64,000 nucleotides of DNA, taken from contig WGAY01000006.1 in NCBI GenBank assembly GCA_015494585.1, positions 1,335 to 65,334 on the forward strand, written 5' to 3'. Within the stretch, counting starts at the first letter, position 1. Each line of letters opens with the position of its first letter. Source of the stretch: Candidatus Omnitrophota bacterium (GTDB taxonomy: Bacteria > Omnitrophota > Gorgyraeia > S143-82). The position numbers and the translations under genes were made by a program. The notes under the pieces are model-generated. The model was given only the letters and a program-made list of their open reading frames with translations. It was not told the DNA's origin and ran no database searches. This document shows, piece after piece, positions 61,423-64,000 of this stretch.

Positions 61423-62493
61423 TCAGATCCGTATCATATCCCTGGTTATATTATCTACAACTCTTACTGCACCAATCCGAACTGGTAGGATAAATTTCAT
61501 CTTTCCAGAGGAAAACTTCTTATCTCTCATCAAGGCCCGCCAGAAACGCCTTTTCTGCGAAGCATCCATCTTTATGTCAGAAGGCAGGGAAAACTTATCA
61601 AGCAACCGCAGAAGGCGCACAAGGGTGGTATGGCGGCATATCCCAAGTCTACATGCTATCTCAGTTGCCTTTACCATACCTATAGCCACAGCGATTCCAT
61701 GAGATATCCTATTATCTGTAGCAACCTCGATCGCATGTCCTATCGTATGACCAAAGTTGAGGATGTATCTAAGCCCCCTGCTTTCTTTCTCGTCTCGACT
61801 CACCACTCTTGCCTTTATCGCTGCACACTCTCCAACAAAGGATGGCCAATCTATTTGATCCATATCAGCAACCTCTTCCAGCATAGAAAACAAAGCTGGA
61901 GAACGGATAACACCATATTTTATCCCCTCTGCAAGTCCTTCCTTTAGGTTTTCCTCCTTTAGAGTAGATAGAAACCTCATATCCAGAACAACACAGTCCG
62001 GCTGATGATAAACGCCAATAAGGTTCTTGCCTGCCTGAAGATTTATTGCAGTCTTGCCCCCTATTGAGGAGTCTATCTGGGCAAGGAGTGTTGTCGGTAC
62101 CTGAATTATAGGAATACCCCTGCGATAGGTACCAGCCGCAAAACCTGCAAGGTCACCAACCACTCCCCCACCGATTGCAATCACCGCAAGCGAACTTTTT
62201 CTTTCATCGTAATGTGCCAAAGAATTAACCAGCTTGTCATAAGTCTCAAGCGATTTGGCCTTTTCTGAATCAGGGACAAATACAATCTCCGCCCCTATAA
62301 GAGAGGAAAGCCTATCAATCTTTGACCGCCAGAGCCTAAATATAGTCCTATTTGTAACAATAACCGCCACTCTGGGGAACAGATTTTCCTTGTAAAAATC
62401 GATTATTGTCTTCGCAAAATCACTACTAAGGATTATGGGATAGGTTTTCTCTGAGGTCTTTACATAAATATTATTATTTTCCCTATAGACCAT
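61423..62493 (-). CDS. aroB: 3-dehydroquinate synthase
   Basis: GGGVVGDLAGF, PTTLLAQIDSSIGGKT, KNLIG, LNFGHTIGHAIE, HGIAVAIG. Confidence 0.96.
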   Translation of the reverse strand: MVYRENNNIYVKTSEKTYPIILSSDFAKTIIDFYKENLFPRVAVIVTNRTIFRLWRSKIDRLSSLIGAEIVFVPDSEKAKSLETYDKLVNSLAHYDERKSSLAVIAIGGGVVGDLAGFAAGTYRRGIPIIQVPTTLLAQIDSSIGGKTAINLQAGKNLIGVYHQPDCVVLDMRFLSTLKEENLKEGLAEGIKYGVIRSPALFSMLEEVADMDQIDWPSFVGECAAIKARVVSRDEKESRGLRYILNFGHTIGHAIEVATDNRISHGIAVAIGMVKATEIACRLGICRHTTLVRLLRLLDKFSLPSDIKMDASQKRRFWRALMRDKKFSSGKMKFILPVRIGAVRVVDNITRDMIRI

Positions 62494-62498
62494 AATAC

Positions 62499-63788
62499 CT
62501 AATCAAGGAAATCAAAAAACACAACCCCACTTCTAATCTTAGGATAAAAATAGGTAGACTTCTGAGGCATCCTCTCGCCTTTCAGGGCGATTTCGTATAT
62601 CTGTTCTACCGAAATGGGGGGCAGAACTATCCCAAGCTGATCCTCCTCAACCGAGAGGATCTCATCAAGGGATTTCTCATAGACTATACTACCCTCCTCT
62701 TGATTCACCCCAAGCAAAGGCAATAGGATATAATGTAGGACGACGACATTCAGCCTCTTATAGTCATCCGACACACCTGCCAGCTCCCCCAACACCTCTA
62801 CTGGATCAATATCCTTCCTTAAAGAAAGGCGAAAACTATCAGACCGGGTCACCAATCCAAACGTATAATCACCAAATTCACCTCGAGAGATCCGCCTCAA
62901 ATCCTCGCGTGAGGCCACCAATGTATCGAAAAACCTGTCCACAGCCTCCAGTAGTTTGTCCTCTCCTTGAAATTTCCAATCTACTATACGCCTGTATATG
63001 GGCAGGACAGTTAGATTATCCGACCTCATCGGGGCAAAAAATACCATTATATAGTTATACCATGCCGCCTCGTCATAATCAGGTCGAGCCCTCATATAAT
63101 CCCTATAACTAAGGGCAACCTCAAACCTGTGATGGCCATCAGCTATCAAGGCCTTTTTGGCAAAGACCAACTGCCGCAAATGAGAAATCCATCCCTCATC
63201 ACTGACAGCACCACAATGATGTTTACTGATCTCATCCCTTATATATACTTGCCATTCCTCCGGGGTCAGATTCCACCCTGATTTGATATGATTAAGAAGC
63301 CCGCCATCCTCATCTGGTAATAAGAAAAAAACAGGTTCCAGAATCGCTGAAACCTGGGCCAATAAATCGAACCTATCCTCTTTGGGGCCCCTATGGGTAT
63401 TTTCATGAGGCAGGACTACTCCTTCCTCTTCTGGCAATCTCAATAGGGCAATAAATCCATATCTCTGCCTTTCTTGGTCCCCCACCTTGTAGGTCTGACG
63501 ATATAGATAGACAGAATCCTGTTCATCTCTAACAAATATCCCATCCCTTTTCCACTCATCTATAAGAAATCTAACTCCTGAATAGTCACGCTGCTCGCTC
63601 TTGATACTCTCATCAAGAGATTTACTCAATACCATGCGAACATAATTATAATCAGATACGGAAAGTAATTCCTCTCGTTCTTTATCGTCTATAACATCAT
63701 AAGGCGGACATGTAAGGTTAGATAGGTCCTTACCAAATCTATCTAAATTATAATGCAAGGCCCTAAAGGATCTTATTTCTAATCCCAT
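62499..63788 (-). CDS. DUF1015 family protein
   Basis: PPYDVI, PHENT, IADGHHR, MPQKSTYFYPK; start after AAGGAG. Confidence 0.88.
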   Translation of the reverse strand: MGLEIRSFRALHYNLDRFGKDLSNLTCPPYDVIDDKEREELLSVSDYNYVRMVLSKSLDESIKSEQRDYSGVRFLIDEWKRDGIFVRDEQDSVYLYRQTYKVGDQERQRYGFIALLRLPEEEGVVLPHENTHRGPKEDRFDLLAQVSAILEPVFFLLPDEDGGLLNHIKSGWNLTPEEWQVYIRDEISKHHCGAVSDEGWISHLRQLVFAKKALIADGHHRFEVALSYRDYMRARPDYDEAAWYNYIMVFFAPMRSDNLTVLPIYRRIVDWKFQGEDKLLEAVDRFFDTLVASREDLRRISRGEFGDYTFGLVTRSDSFRLSLRKDIDPVEVLGELAGVSDDYKRLNVVVLHYILLPLLGVNQEEGSIVYEKSLDEILSVEEDQLGIVLPPISVEQIYEIALKGERMPQKSTYFYPKIRSGVVFFDFLD

Positions 63789-64000
63789 CCATCCACTCCT
63801 TCTCAAAGATAATCGCAAACATCCATATCCCCAGAAAAACACCAACGGCATCTGCCATTACATCCATCAAAGATGGCATGCGCATAGGAACCGCATACTG
63901 ATATATCTCAGTTATTATCCCAACAGCTATCCCAAACCACAGCACCGGATAGGGATAAAACCCTTCATAACGTAAGAAAACAGCCCAGGAAATCAAAAAA
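63763..64000 (-). CDS. VanZ family membrane protein, 3' part only
   Basis: TEIYQ..VP.R..S..D..AD..G pattern; probably starts beyond the window edge. Confidence 0.7.
   Translation of the reverse strand, partial: FLISWAVFLRYEGFYPYPVLWFGIAVGIITEIYQYAVPMRMPSLMDVMADAVGVFLGIWMFAIIFEKEWMDGIRNKIL

Overview
Gene-dense chromosomal core region of a Gram-negative, probably anaerobic bacterium. LPS genes, [FeFe]-hydrogenase maturase HydF, an mcsA-mcsB-clpC locus, YbeY with Asp in place of the third His and a characteristic large secreted protein suggest the PVC superphylum, probably Omnitrophota (inference). There are about 56 CDS, all but one on the minus strand, and two tRNA-Arg genes. No CRISPR array, integrase or transposase was seen. 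The most notable items are: (1) a ~1300-aa signal-peptide protein carrying an apparently intact phosphoglucose-isomerase domain between a distinctive N-terminal domain and a C-terminal GG-I motif; (2) a candidate ~100-nt sRNA with its own sigma70 promoter, a C-rich anti-SD-like 5' end and a G-U-supported hairpin; (3) a 7-nt-periodic inverted-repeat element in the leuC leader; (4) tsaE with its stop codon inside a tRNA-Arg(UCG); (5) a radical SAM gene split at an A7 slippery run; (6) pilT wedged between leuC and leuD. Product calls come from motif recognition only; no database searches were run.
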